Assembly (NCBI GenBank): GCA_965248445.1
Contig: CBDFJG010000001.1
Span: forward strand, 1 to 64,000
Reading direction: 5' to 3'
DNA length: 64,000 nt
Source: Planctomycetota bacterium
GTDB taxonomy: Bacteria > Planctomycetota > JAJSAM01 > JAJVHW01
Below are positions 48,169-58,698 of the stretch, one piece after another. Below the pieces are notes generated by a model, which made no database searches, was not told the origin of the DNA, and saw only the letters and a program-made list of their open reading frames with translations. Both the position numbers and the translations under genes were made by a program. The number at the start of each line of letters is the position of its first letter. Position 1 is the first letter of the stretch.

Positions 48169-49977
48169 CTAGCGAGCGATGAGCAACTCGTGGATAAAGC
48201 GGAGCGAACCGACGTCGAGGCTATGCACGTGCGGCTCCAGCAGCGACGCGAGAGGCAGCGTCTCTTCCGTCACGAGCAGGCGTCCGACTGCGGACACACA
48301 CGCCGCGCGCACCAGATCTGGGCGGCTCTCCCCGACCCGCGACGCCGCGAGCAGCATGTCCAGCGCGCCTTCGTCCTCCGCGGCACCGAGACCCATCGCC
48401 GCTGAAGCGCGGGCAAGGATCGAGTCCGACTCCAGGAGCGTCTTGCGCAGATGGACGCGACCTCGGGGATCACCGAGCCGCGCCAGCGAGACGGCGAGCG
48501 TCGTTCGCAGCCGCGGATCGGCGGCGTCGACCATGCGCGCGGCGAGCTCGTCGGCCGCGCCCATGTCGCCGATCATGACGAGCGCCTGCGCGGCGTAGCC
48601 CGGCGACCAGAAGCGGCGATTGCGACCGATCTCCTTCGTGAGCAACGGCACGGCCGGGCGGTCGGCGAGCAGACCCAGCGCCAGTGCGTACGACGCCTGC
48701 AAGCTCTCCTCGTGATCGTGCTCGACGAACGACTTTCGGATCAGTGGAGCGGATGCCGGATCGCCCTGGAGTCCGAGCGCGAGTGCGCGATATGGCCGGT
48801 CGAAGTCGTTCGTCTTCGCGAACAGCGAGACCAGTTCGTCGCGCACGGCGTCGCCCCGGATTCCGCCCAGCGACAGAACGGCCAGCGACTGGGTCCCGGC
48901 GTCGCGATCGCTGCGGGCGGCGTGGATCAGGACGTTCACGCCACGTACGTCGTCGATCGTGAGGAGGTTCCCGAGAGCGACCGCACCGGCTCGCCGCAGC
49001 GACGACTGCGGTGCCGCCAGCAGCACGGCGATCGCATCTTCGATCGCCTCACGATCCCCGAGCGCGCCGCGCCCTGTCAGCGCGAACGCGCGCACCGCAG
49101 GACGCACGTGTTCGTTCGCATACGCCTGCCGGAGCGGCAACACCGCTTCGTTGCGACCGGATGCGGCGAGGCCGATGAGCGCGGCGGCGGCGACACCCGG
49201 CTGCTCGCGATCGAGGGTCTTGCCCTCCGGATCGGCCAGCAGCGTCAGCGTCTCGACCGCGGGTGCCGTGCCGATTGCTCCGAGCGAGATCATTGCGAGG
49301 GCCCGGTCGCGCGGCGCCGCCTTGCGGTCCTTGGCGATGCCGTGCAGGAACAGAACCGCGTCCTCGTGTCCGCGCAGTCCCAGGGCGACGAGCGCCACCT
49401 GGCGCACATCGGGACTCGCGTCCTTCTCGACCAGATTGCGCAGCGCAGGGCCGGCTTCGGCGTCACGGGCTCGCCCGAGTGCCAGGGCGGCGGACGCGCG
49501 CACGTCTGCCGACGTGTCGTCGAGCGCGGCGCGCAGCACGGGCAACGCACGGTCGCGCAGTTCGTCCGTCGTCGGCCCTGCGGCGTCGCGCGCTGACGGC
49601 GTGATGTCGAGTGGAGACAGTTTCCGGGCCGGGCCCACGAAGCGCGGCCGGTGCACGGCCCACCAGTACTCCCACGCGTTGCCGGCCAGCGGTGCGTCCG
49701 CGATCGCGCTCGGCAGGCGGGCCGTGCGCGGCGTGATCGCGGGCGGTTCATCCCGCGAGCGCCCTGTGACCGCCGGACCGGACGACGGCATGCCGGGCGG
49801 CACGCCTCCCGTGAGCGCCGGAACGCCGACGCCGGGCGATCCCGTCGGCAGCGGAATCCCGTCCGACGTCTTGGGGCCCTGGTAGTAACCGCCGTGCGCG
49901 AGCGCCGGCGGCGCCAGCAGCGCAGCCAGCGCGATGGCCGTGAAAGCGCCGATCCGTCTTTCCGACAGATGCTGCAT
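48169..49977 (-). CDS. Exported HEAT-repeat protein
   Basis: Signal peptide ending ALA-HGGYYQGP; many VR..AALALG repeats. Confidence 0.9.
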   Translation of the reverse strand: MQHLSERRIGAFTAIALAALLAPPALAHGGYYQGPKTSDGIPLPTGSPGVGVPALTGGVPPGMPSSGPAVTGRSRDEPPAITPRTARLPSAIADAPLAGNAWEYWWAVHRPRFVGPARKLSPLDITPSARDAAGPTTDELRDRALPVLRAALDDTSADVRASAALALGRARDAEAGPALRNLVEKDASPDVRQVALVALGLRGHEDAVLFLHGIAKDRKAAPRDRALAMISLGAIGTAPAVETLTLLADPEGKTLDREQPGVAAAALIGLAASGRNEAVLPLRQAYANEHVRPAVRAFALTGRGALGDREAIEDAIAVLLAAPQSSLRRAGAVALGNLLTIDDVRGVNVLIHAARSDRDAGTQSLAVLSLGGIRGDAVRDELVSLFAKTNDFDRPYRALALGLQGDPASAPLIRKSFVEHDHEESLQASYALALGLLADRPAVPLLTKEIGRNRRFWSPGYAAQALVMIGDMGAADELAARMVDAADPRLRTTLAVSLARLGDPRGRVHLRKTLLESDSILARASAAMGLGAAEDEGALDMLLAASRVGESRPDLVRAACVSAVGRLLVTEETLPLASLLEPHVHSLDVGSLRFIHELLIAR

Positions 49978-50256
49978 TTCTGTCCCCGTCTCCCAGTCGA
50001 ACTGGCGACGCCCCGCTGACAGGGTAGCAGCGCCCGGCAGGACGTCTGCGTCGCCGGATGACTGCGGTGTAACGTCCGCCCGTGGCCCGTGCACGTCTCG
50101 TTCTGGCCTCACATTTGGACCATCCCGCTCACGGTGCTCGTGGGCGTGGCGATCGGGTGGCTCCTGCGGTCCCAGTTGCCGGATCGCTGACACTCTGCTG
50201 CCGCCGAGACTGGACCGCCGAGAACTGGGCCGCCGCTGCCTGGTGAACGATGCGAG

Positions 50257-51738
50257 CTACGCTCGGACGCCGACCGCCTGCTTGCGGAAACGCGCCGGCG
50301 CCGTGCCGTGCGACATCTCGGCGGTCTGCATCGGCTGCCCCTTGCCGCAGTTCGGCACTCCCCACAGCACCCAGTCCGACGGTCCGCAGACCGCGTCGCA
50401 CGCGTTCCAGAACTCCGGCGTGATGCCCTGATACGTGGGGTTCTTCAGAAGGCGCCCGGTCTTCCCGTTCTTGATCTCGCGGCCGTACTCGCAGGTGAAC
50501 TGGAAGTTCAGGCGGCGCTGGTCGATGGACCAGCACTTCACGCCGTCCATGAAGATGCCGTCCTCGGTGTCCGCGACGAGGTCGGGGAGCTTCCAGTCCC
50601 CGGGCATCAGCGAGAGGTTCGAGATCCGCACGATCGGCACGTTCCACGGGCCTTCGGCACGGCTGCAGCCGCGGCTCCGTTCATTTCCCTCGAAGTGCGC
50701 GACGTCGCGCGATGTCTGGTAGGCCTCGAAGCGTCCGTCGCGCACGACGTGCCACCGCTGGCTGCGCACGCCGTCATCGTCGTAACCCACCGTTGCGAGG
50801 CCGGCCGGCACCGTCGCGTCCGCGACGAGATTGACGACGTCGCTTCCGTAGCGGAAGCCGTCGAGCTTGCCGGTGTCCACGAACGAACCGCCGGCGAAGT
50901 CGCGCTCCCAGCCCTGCACCCGGTCGAGCTCCGTAGCGTGACCCACCGATTCGTGGATCTGCAGCGCCAGTTGGTTGCCCGCCAGGATGATGTCCTTCTC
51001 GTCCACCGGGCATGGATCGGCGGTCAAGAGCTCGATCGCCTCTTCGCGGCACCGTTCGGCGTTACCCGGCAGGTCGAGCGCGTTGACCAACTCGTACCCC
51101 ACCGCCATGAAGTTCCCGCCGAACGCGTTCGGGTAACTGCGTACCTGCGTCTCGCCGTGCGCGTGCGCCATGCACGAGATCCCGGCGCCGCTTCGCAGGA
51201 TCACCTGCTCGATGTCCGCTCCCTCCGAGGAGAGGAACACTTGGTGCTCCCGGCGGAAGCTCATCGACGACTTCGTCGCGGACACAGCGTCGTGGTCGCG
51301 CAGAATCGCGTCCGCGCCTGTGAGCGTCTCGAGTTTGCGCTCCAGCGGGATCTGGAACGGATCGATCAAGTAGGTCGACGTCCAGACGTCGCGGTGCGCC
51401 GCCTCGCCGGCCCAGCGGATGCGGCCGGGACCGGCCCGGCGGCCCGCCCGCGCCAGCCGCACGGCGAGCCGCGCGACGCGTTCCACCTCCTCCGGGGTCA
51501 CGTCGAAGCCCGAGGCGAACCCGTGTGCACCGTCTACGAGCACGCGTATGCCGAAACCGAGGGTCTCGACCTGCTCGAGCTGCGCGACGATGCCGTTGCG
51601 AACCGCCAGGTCCTCGGTCTCGACGCGCCCGACACGAGCGTCCGCCCACGTCGCGCCGAGGGACGCCGTCACGTCGAGCGCACGGCGGCCCAGTGCGCGC
51701 CAGGCGTTGCTCTCGGTCTTCGTCGTGCTTGCGATCAT
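50257..51738 (-). CDS. tldD: TldD-family metalloprotease
   Basis: HESVGHATELDR motif; C-terminal NCGKGQP. Confidence 0.92.
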   Translation of the reverse strand: MIASTTKTESNAWRALGRRALDVTASLGATWADARVGRVETEDLAVRNGIVAQLEQVETLGFGIRVLVDGAHGFASGFDVTPEEVERVARLAVRLARAGRRAGPGRIRWAGEAAHRDVWTSTYLIDPFQIPLERKLETLTGADAILRDHDAVSATKSSMSFRREHQVFLSSEGADIEQVILRSGAGISCMAHAHGETQVRSYPNAFGGNFMAVGYELVNALDLPGNAERCREEAIELLTADPCPVDEKDIILAGNQLALQIHESVGHATELDRVQGWERDFAGGSFVDTGKLDGFRYGSDVVNLVADATVPAGLATVGYDDDGVRSQRWHVVRDGRFEAYQTSRDVAHFEGNERSRGCSRAEGPWNVPIVRISNLSLMPGDWKLPDLVADTEDGIFMDGVKCWSIDQRRLNFQFTCEYGREIKNGKTGRLLKNPTYQGITPEFWNACDAVCGPSDWVLWGVPNCGKGQPMQTAEMSHGTAPARFRKQAVGVRA

Positions 51739-51771
51739 CGGAGTCTCCGAAGGGTCAGAAGTCCGCCCGAA

Positions 51772-53124
51772 TCAGAAGTCTGTCCGGCTCGTGAAGCGGA
51801 AGCCGTCGACGCGCATCGCGGGCACGACCGTGTATCCCCCGAAGAGGGCGGAGCAGAGGTGCGGGTCGGCGGCCAGTCCGGAGACACGGCCGAGCGCCTC
51901 CACGAGCGACTGCGTGAACCGCATGTTGCGGACGGCGCGCGTCACCTTGCCATTCTCGATGAGGAACGTGCCGTTGCGCGTCATCCCCGTCAGCGTCAGC
52001 CGAGTCGGCTCGATCATGTTCGTGTAGTGGAATTCGGTGACGAGCACACCGCGGTCGACGTCGCGCACCAGGTCCTCGATGGACGCCTGCCCAGGGGAGA
52101 GAACGAGGTTGTGTGGCAACGGCCCCATCGCACTCGGCTGCGGCGTCGCGTGCCCCGTCGAGCGGCAGCCGTTGCGCCGCGCTGTCGCCCTATCGTGGAC
52201 GAGTCCGACAGCGACTCCCTCTTGGATCAGCGGCACCGGTGCGCGGGGCACGCCTTCCCCGTCGAACACGTGTCCGACCGTCATGGGGTGATACGCGTCG
52301 TCGCTGATCGTGATTCCGCTCGCGGCAACCATCTCACCCAGCTGGCCGGCGAGGAAGCTCGAGCCCTCCTCCACCTGCTGCGCACCGAAGCCCTTGTACG
52401 CGGCGAACAGGAGCAGCGACGCGACGGCCGACGGCTCGAGCACGACTGTGTAGTCACCCGGCCCCAAGTCGTCGGGCGACTCGCTGGCCAGCGCCTTGCC
52501 CACAGCCACCTTCGCAACGCGATCGAGGTCGAGTCCGTCCGGATCCGGGCGCATCGCGTCTGCCCAGCCCGCACCCTCCCCGCGAAACACGCTGAGGGAG
52601 ACCCTCGCGCGCGTGTCGAGGTCCCAGACCGAGAGGCCGCGGGAGTTCGCGACCAAGCGCAGGTCGTTGACTCCGCCGTGCGTTCCCGCCGCAGTGCAGT
52701 TCGCGTCCCGTGCCGCCGCGGTCAGCCGCGCCACGGAGTCCGCCGTGCGCTCCGGATCCGGCGTGAGCGGCGATCGTCGTCGCAAGCTGTACTGCTGCTC
52801 CCCCGGAAACGGCATGAGGTCCGGCCGGGGCGGTGCGTGCCGCGCCGCGATGCGGGCGCGCTCGACTGCGCGCAGCACCGCATCGTCTGTCGGCGTTCCG
52901 GTCGTGGCCTTGCCCTCGCGACCGTTCTCACGTACCCGCACGGCGATCCGCGAGGTTCTGCGCACCAGGTTCTGCACCGGGTGCTCTTCGACGAAGCGGT
53001 TCAGCTCCTCCTCGACCTGGCAGACGGTCACCTCGGTCTCGTCCGCGGCGGAACCGTTCAGTGCCACGTCGGCGAGGCGCTGTGCCCGGTCCGGATCAAG
53101 TTGTGCCCGGTCCGGATCCAGCAT
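51772..53124 (-). CDS. tldE: TldE/PmbA-family protein
   Basis: PGDYTVVLEPSAV, FDGEG, STGHA and TGMTRNGTFLIENG; no HExxxH; adjacent to tldD. Confidence 0.88.
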   Translation of the reverse strand: MLDPDRAQLDPDRAQRLADVALNGSAADETEVTVCQVEEELNRFVEEHPVQNLVRRTSRIAVRVRENGREGKATTGTPTDDAVLRAVERARIAARHAPPRPDLMPFPGEQQYSLRRRSPLTPDPERTADSVARLTAAARDANCTAAGTHGGVNDLRLVANSRGLSVWDLDTRARVSLSVFRGEGAGWADAMRPDPDGLDLDRVAKVAVGKALASESPDDLGPGDYTVVLEPSAVASLLLFAAYKGFGAQQVEEGSSFLAGQLGEMVAASGITISDDAYHPMTVGHVFDGEGVPRAPVPLIQEGVAVGLVHDRATARRNGCRSTGHATPQPSAMGPLPHNLVLSPGQASIEDLVRDVDRGVLVTEFHYTNMIEPTRLTLTGMTRNGTFLIENGKVTRAVRNMRFTQSLVEALGRVSGLAADPHLCSALFGGYTVVPAMRVDGFRFTSRTDF

Positions 53125-53219
53125 GCCGCCTCCTCGCTGCCGCTCTCCCACCATTGCTCCCCCAACGCAGGTGGATCGTAGCGGCGGCGGGCCGGGCCGC
53201 GGCACCCCGAAGCTCAGCG

Positions 53220-55301
53220 CTACTCGGCGGCGTCGCGTTGCAGCTGATCGAGCACGGGATCGAGACGGCCGCCGGCTTCGCCAAACTGCCGGAACCGTTG
53301 TCGGACGGCCCTCTTGTCCTTCATCGCGAGCGCCGCACGGGCGAAGTGCTTGAGCGCCATGGCGTTGTCCGGGTGCTTGTCCAGGATGCTCTCGAGCCGC
53401 GTCACGCCGTTGGCACCCGACTCGCTACCCTGCGCCAGCGCCGCGGAGCGGACGATCGCCAGGCTGAGCGGACCGCCGTTCTTGTTCATGTGGGCGAGCG
53501 CCTGCTTGAGGATCAGTTCGACGGTCGCCTCGGCTCGCTCGGCCTCTTCCTCAGGCAGCGCGTGCACCGCATCCAACAGCATGTCGAGATACTCGCTCCG
53601 CCACGCGAGCCGCGACGGTTCGAGTGAGAGCGCGGCGCGATACCCCTGCTCGCACTCACGCAGACGGCCCAGCCCGCGGGCCGCGGCTCCGAGTAGCTGG
53701 AAGTACGGCGCGGCTTGACGGCGCGCGAGGAGAAGGCGCGCGTCCTCGTGCGCCTGTTCGTAACGGCGGGCAGCCAGCCGGGCCCGTGCTCGAAGCCAGA
53801 GAACGGCCTCCGGCACCTCGCCCGACTTCGCGAGCTGCGAGGCAGCGGTCTCCGCGCGGCCGACCGCTTCAACTGCGTCGTAGTCGGGCCCGGATCCGAG
53901 GAACCAGCGGGCTGCCACGACCGCCATCGCCGGATTCGACGGCGCTGCCTCGAGCCCGCGCCGGATCACGAGGCCACCCTCTTTGACGTGGCCACCGCTG
54001 CGCAGCGCGTGGAGATACGTCTCCGTCAATTCCACGTCCCCCGGCGCCGCTTCCCACTTGGTGCGAAGTCCGGCCAGCGGGTCGTCGGCGGTGCCGCCCG
54101 CCGCGTGCTCTACGAGCACCCTCCAGACGTCGGCGAGCGATGCGTCGATCTCGCCTCCCAACCGCACGTAGTCACGCAGCCAGCGGTAGCACTTCTCGCG
54201 GTACTCCCCCTCCTGACCGCCCTGCTTCCAGTCGTAGTAGATGACGGCGAGATTGCGCAGCACCTGCGGGTCGTTCGGGTCCTCGCCGAGCAGTTCCTGA
54301 TAGATGTCCGCCGCCTGATCGAGTCGGTCTGCGCGCACCAGCGCCCGCGCGCGAAGGACCCGGACGGAACGCAGGTTCCCCCACGACTTCATCAGCGGAT
54401 CCGTGGCCTCGACGATCTCCGGCCCACGCGCATTGGTGGCGATGAGCAACTGCACGTAGTTCTCACGCCACAGGCGGCTCTGCGGATGATTCTCCGGCAC
54501 GAGGTCCAGAGCCCCGCGGTACGCGGCCGTCGCCTCCTCGAGGCGTCCGCTCGCCTGCGCGGCATCGCCAAGCAGGATGTGGAACTTCGCGTCGCCGGGC
54601 CACCGCCGTACTGACTGTCGTGCCAGGTCCAGCGCCTGGAACCGCCGGCCCGAAGCGAGGCGGGCCTGGCCGAGCAGATACGACAGATAGTCATCCCGGA
54701 TCGCCGTCGGGTCCTCCGACGACGCGACGCGTTCACTGAGGGCGCGCGCTCGCTCGAGCAGTGTCTTGGCCTCGACGGCGTTCGGCTCCGGCAGCGAGAG
54801 GTGGTGTTGCGCCGCCAGAACGAGGAACCGCTCGTCGTAGCGCCGCGAGCCGTCGTCGCCGACGGTGGGGAGGATCAGCCGGCCGGCCTCGTCGACGCGA
54901 TCGAGCGCGCGGAGCGCCGCGTACTCGGCGGAGACCGGCCGCCATTCGTCCTGGTGCTCACGGCGCGCTTGCTGAGCCGACGCGAGAGCACCGGCGTAGG
55001 CCGCCTTGGCCTCCGCCGTGCGTCCGGCAGCTTGCACGGTCGCCGCCTCGCTGAACTGGATGACCGATTCGAGGTAGAGGCGCGCGGGAGCAGAGATCTC
55101 GGGACCCAGTCGCTCGAGCTCGGCGCGCGCGCCGTCCGGTCCGCCCCCCTTGTTCGGCGCCAGCCGCAGGGTGTGCTCGACGCGGAGAACCTCCTGCGCG
55201 TCGAACCCCGGCCCCTCGAACGAACGATCCCGCCCGAGCATCCAGAAGATGCCGACTGCGAGGACGATCAAGAGAAGCACGAGCGGCAGGACGCGGCGCA
55301 T
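53220..55301 (-). CDS. Membrane-anchored TPR protein
   Basis: N-terminal TM; repeated A...Y..AL...P motifs. Confidence 0.88.
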   Translation of the reverse strand: MRRVLPLVLLLIVLAVGIFWMLGRDRSFEGPGFDAQEVLRVEHTLRLAPNKGGGPDGARAELERLGPEISAPARLYLESVIQFSEAATVQAAGRTAEAKAAYAGALASAQQARREHQDEWRPVSAEYAALRALDRVDEAGRLILPTVGDDGSRRYDERFLVLAAQHHLSLPEPNAVEAKTLLERARALSERVASSEDPTAIRDDYLSYLLGQARLASGRRFQALDLARQSVRRWPGDAKFHILLGDAAQASGRLEEATAAYRGALDLVPENHPQSRLWRENYVQLLIATNARGPEIVEATDPLMKSWGNLRSVRVLRARALVRADRLDQAADIYQELLGEDPNDPQVLRNLAVIYYDWKQGGQEGEYREKCYRWLRDYVRLGGEIDASLADVWRVLVEHAAGGTADDPLAGLRTKWEAAPGDVELTETYLHALRSGGHVKEGGLVIRRGLEAAPSNPAMAVVAARWFLGSGPDYDAVEAVGRAETAASQLAKSGEVPEAVLWLRARARLAARRYEQAHEDARLLLARRQAAPYFQLLGAAARGLGRLRECEQGYRAALSLEPSRLAWRSEYLDMLLDAVHALPEEEAERAEATVELILKQALAHMNKNGGPLSLAIVRSAALAQGSESGANGVTRLESILDKHPDNAMALKHFARAALAMKDKRAVRQRFRQFGEAGGRLDPVLDQLQRDAAE

Positions 55302-55307
55302 AGGCGA

Positions 55308-55316
55308 ATCGTAGCA
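55308..55316 (-). promoter_or_regulatory. Extended -10 box, likely leaderless transcript
   Basis: TGC-TACGAT 6 nt upstream of ATG 55301; no SD sequence. Confidence 0.5.
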
Positions 55317-55537
55317 GCGCCCTCGGGGAGCCCCCTCTGCTACCGAGGGGCCGGGCAACTGCGGCAGTACGATGGATCTTCGCCGTCGCGGCGGGCCCGC
55401 CGTGTGCTGACCGGATCGGGGGTTTACCGGGTCGAAGGTGCGGCGGTCATCCGTCTTCCTGAGGGTCGGTCAGACTTGTTCCTGCGGTCAGACCGGGGAT
55501 TCTGGGACGGGAGGGATCGCTGCACCAACGGACCGGG

Positions 55538-56482
55538 ATGGACCTCGAGCCACGGGCGGGAGCCGGACTCACGCGCCGGGCGCTGCTGTCCGCGTCCATG
55601 GCGGCGATCGTCCTGAGCGCGTGTCGTCGCGCCCCGCTCGTGATCGGACGCCCGGGGGTCGAGCGGGGCGGCGCGTTCCGTCATCCGCGCGCGGTGGCTG
55701 CGTCGCACCACGGACTGGCAGTGCTGGATCGCACCGGGCGACTCCAGATCCTCGATCTCGACGGCAACTTCGTGCGGCAGTTCGCCGTGGCGCCGGACGG
55801 CAGCCGCCGCGGCCTACCGATCGGCGTGACCTGGCTCCCGGACGGAGCGCTGGCCGTCGCGGACACGCACCAAAGCCGCGTCCGCGTCTACGACACCTCT
55901 GGAGAGACACTCCGAACGGTCGGAGGATACGGACTCGAGCCCGGGCAGTTCCTCGCGCCCCAGCGCATCGTCCCCACCAGTGGCGGAGGCCTGCTCGTGA
56001 GCGATCACGGGCTGGGCAAGACCAATCGCGTACAGGTCCTCGACGCCAACGGCAACGCGCTCCTGGTCATGGGCGGCCCGGAGCCGGAGGACGGCGGCCT
56101 GGCCCGCCCGATGGGCGTGCTCGAGACCGACGCGGGTTATCTGGTCGCCGACCAGCGCGCGGGACTGGTGACGTTCGACTCGGCAGGAGAACTCTCGGGA
56201 CCTCCGAGCGGTTGGCCTGCGGAGTGGGACGGGATGACCTACGGACTGACGCGCGACGACGAGGGCTCGCTGTACGTGTCGGATCTCGCCGCAAACCGCA
56301 TCCTTCGTCTCGATTCGCAGGGGACCCCGACGGGTACCTTCGGCAGCCAGGGCCGCGACGCAGGACTGTTCGTGGACCCGTGGGACGTCCAATGGCACGC
56401 GGGACAGCTCTACGTGGCCGACTCGGGGAATCACAGGGTGCAGCGGATCGACGCGCAGCGCGCGGGGTGGAAGGACGTATGA
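55538..56482 (+). CDS. NHL-repeat lipoprotein (Tat-like signal)
   Basis: TRRALL...LSAC; GQFLAPQRI, LYVSD and LYVADSGNHRVQ repeats. Confidence 0.88.
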   Translation: MDLEPRAGAGLTRRALLSASMAAIVLSACRRAPLVIGRPGVERGGAFRHPRAVAASHHGLAVLDRTGRLQILDLDGNFVRQFAVAPDGSRRGLPIGVTWLPDGALAVADTHQSRVRVYDTSGETLRTVGGYGLEPGQFLAPQRIVPTSGGGLLVSDHGLGKTNRVQVLDANGNALLVMGGPEPEDGGLARPMGVLETDAGYLVADQRAGLVTFDSAGELSGPPSGWPAEWDGMTYGLTRDDEGSLYVSDLAANRILRLDSQGTPTGTFGSQGRDAGLFVDPWDVQWHAGQLYVADSGNHRVQRIDAQRAGWKDV

Positions 56483-58698
56483 GCAGCAGTTTCCCCCGAA
56501 TCGGCGGGATGACGTTCCGGGCGATGACGGCCGGCGCGCTCGTCCGATCGCTGCTCGCGGCGCTGGTGCTTGCAGCGATCCCGGCCGCTGCGTTCGCGGA
56601 TGTGGACGTCCGCACCGAGATGGGCCACGCCGGCTCGTGGACCGAGGACGTGAACGCGCCGGTCACGGTGCAGCTGCGCAACTCGGGGAGTTCGCCGGTG
56701 GTCGTGCGCATCGCACTGAGCGATTCGGACCGCTTCTCCGGTGGCTCATACCGGCACGAGAGAAGCGTCGCACTCGGCCCGGGCGCCGTCCGCCGCGAGG
56801 TGTTCCTGGTCCCCGGGCCGACCACGTTCTCCTCGTCTCTCACAGTCGCTCTGACGACGGAGCCACGTACGACGATTCAGGCCGGCGGAACCGCGTTCAC
56901 TCGCGGAGTCGCGTCGGTTGCGGTGACCAACGAGCTCGCGCGCGGCGGACGGGTGCCGCTCTCGGGCCGCATCATCGGCGTCTTGGCGGAGGGCGGCGTC
57001 AGCGCGTTCGCCGACCCGCTGCGCCGCGCTTCCGGCGTGTGGGTAGAAGGCGACGAGATCGACACCGTGGCGGTCATCAGCGTCGATCCCGCAATGCTGT
57101 CGATCGCGCCGTTGGCGCTCGCGGGCCTCGACGCCCTCGTCGTCGTCGCTCCTTCGGCCGGATTCGCCGTCGACGCCCGGGAGCGAGAGGGCCTGCTGGC
57201 GTGGGTCGCGCTGGGCGGCCGGCTCGTGTTCGGTTCGCCGGAGGATCTCGCAGGCGTGGCCCGCGGACCACTTGGGCCAGAGCTTCCGGCCGACGTCACC
57301 TCGATCGGGCGGCAGTCGTACTCCGCGTTCCTGACCGCGCACACCGATCTGCTGCCCGCGAAGCTGCGTCCCAAGCTCCCCCCGAAGTCCACCGCCGGTC
57401 CGTTCGCGGAGCTGCGTCCACGGCCCGGCGGCCGCGCCACCGGCATCGCGTTCGGCGGCGGCCGCTCGCGGGTCGAGCGCGCGTTCGGCCAGGGAACGAT
57501 CGTGATGCTGGCGTACGACCTGCGCCCGGCACTCAGCGCCGCGGACGTGCAGGGCGGGCGGTACGCCGAACGGCTGGCGACAGAGATCACCGGCCGCGAG
57601 GCGCCGATGTCGTACGCCACGCTGCGTGACCAGGCGCTCGACTTCGGGATGTCCCGGCGCGTCGATGTGGACACCGAGTTGCAGAGCGTGCTCTCGCACG
57701 GGGCGTTCGCGCCACCGCCGTTCCCCCTGGTTCTGGGCGCGCTGCTGCTCTACGTCATCGCCGTCGGCCCGCTCGACTACCTCGTCCTCAAGCGCCTCGG
57801 GAAGCAGCGTCTGACCACCTTCACGTTCGCTGCCTCGGTGATCGTGTTCACGGCGCTCGCATACGGCGCCTCGTTCCTCGTCTTCGCCCGCGGCGCGGTG
57901 GTCAACCGCGTCGTGTTCGTGGACCTGGCCAGTGCCGGGGCCGACGGGCAGGCACTCGCGCGCGTCACGGATCTCGCCGGGTTCTACTCGCCGGTCGGCT
58001 CGACGACCGAGCTCAGCTACTCGTTGCCCGCCGCGATCGGCGGCTCGGGTCTGCCCGGATCCGTGTCCACCGGTGATATCGGGCGGTCGCTCGCCATCGC
58101 GATCGAGGGAACGGCTCCCACGCAGCCCCGGGCGCGAGTCGAGGTCGCGTTCCGGTCGCAGCGCAACGTGTGCTCCGTGCTAGCCGGCCCGAGCGCGCGG
58201 TCGGTCGACGTGCTCATCAAGCGGTCCGGCGCAGCGACTTCTGCAGAGGTCACAAACGGACTGCCCGTGGCACTCCACGAGGTCGCGCTCATCGCACCGA
58301 ACGGGCGCGGCCAGTACGACGTGGGCGACATCGCGCCAGGCGAGACGGTCACGATCCCGCTCGGCGCACTGAATCGCGCACGCGGCTCTCGATTCGCCAG
58401 CGGCCAGCAGGACCTCGGCGGAGGTGAGGCCGAGCGGGAGGTGAGGACGTTCCTCACCTTCCTCTCGCGAGTTGGCACGATCGGCATCGACGGCGCCCCG
58501 CCGCGCAAGAACGAGATGCCGGCCGTCGATCCCAATCGCGCGGTCCAGCTGGCGAAGTCGGGGATCGGGCACGGGGACGCGCTCGCCCGCGGACGCGCGC
58601 TCCTGATCGGGTTCGCGGACGAGTCGCCCTTTCCGCTTCCCGCGGATGACGAGAACGGCCGCACCTACGTCGTGGTGCGCAAGGAGATCGATCTGTGA
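56479..58698 (+). CDS. Exported/membrane protein with GATase-like domain, ABC-associated
   Basis: Signal peptide; LAGLDALVV...WVALGGRLV; LLYVIAVGPLDYLVLKR TM pair. Confidence 0.8.
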   Translation: MSSSFPRIGGMTFRAMTAGALVRSLLAALVLAAIPAAAFADVDVRTEMGHAGSWTEDVNAPVTVQLRNSGSSPVVVRIALSDSDRFSGGSYRHERSVALGPGAVRREVFLVPGPTTFSSSLTVALTTEPRTTIQAGGTAFTRGVASVAVTNELARGGRVPLSGRIIGVLAEGGVSAFADPLRRASGVWVEGDEIDTVAVISVDPAMLSIAPLALAGLDALVVVAPSAGFAVDAREREGLLAWVALGGRLVFGSPEDLAGVARGPLGPELPADVTSIGRQSYSAFLTAHTDLLPAKLRPKLPPKSTAGPFAELRPRPGGRATGIAFGGGRSRVERAFGQGTIVMLAYDLRPALSAADVQGGRYAERLATEITGREAPMSYATLRDQALDFGMSRRVDVDTELQSVLSHGAFAPPPFPLVLGALLLYVIAVGPLDYLVLKRLGKQRLTTFTFAASVIVFTALAYGASFLVFARGAVVNRVVFVDLASAGADGQALARVTDLAGFYSPVGSTTELSYSLPAAIGGSGLPGSVSTGDIGRSLAIAIEGTAPTQPRARVEVAFRSQRNVCSVLAGPSARSVDVLIKRSGAATSAEVTNGLPVALHEVALIAPNGRGQYDVGDIAPGETVTIPLGALNRARGSRFASGQQDLGGGEAEREVRTFLTFLSRVGTIGIDGAPPRKNEMPAVDPNRAVQLAKSGIGHGDALARGRALLIGFADESPFPLPADDENGRTYVVVRKEIDL

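Noticed and set aside
50257..53124. TldD/E as part of a RiPP cluster
   Set aside because: No precursor peptide or YcaO/radical SAM genes nearby; ordinary housekeeping pair.
5032..53181. Many long antisense or alternate-frame ORFs (e.g. 5032-7539 -, 50308-53181 +)
   Set aside because: Shadow ORFs expected at high GC; they overlap well-supported genes and are Arg/Pro/Gly-rich without motifs.
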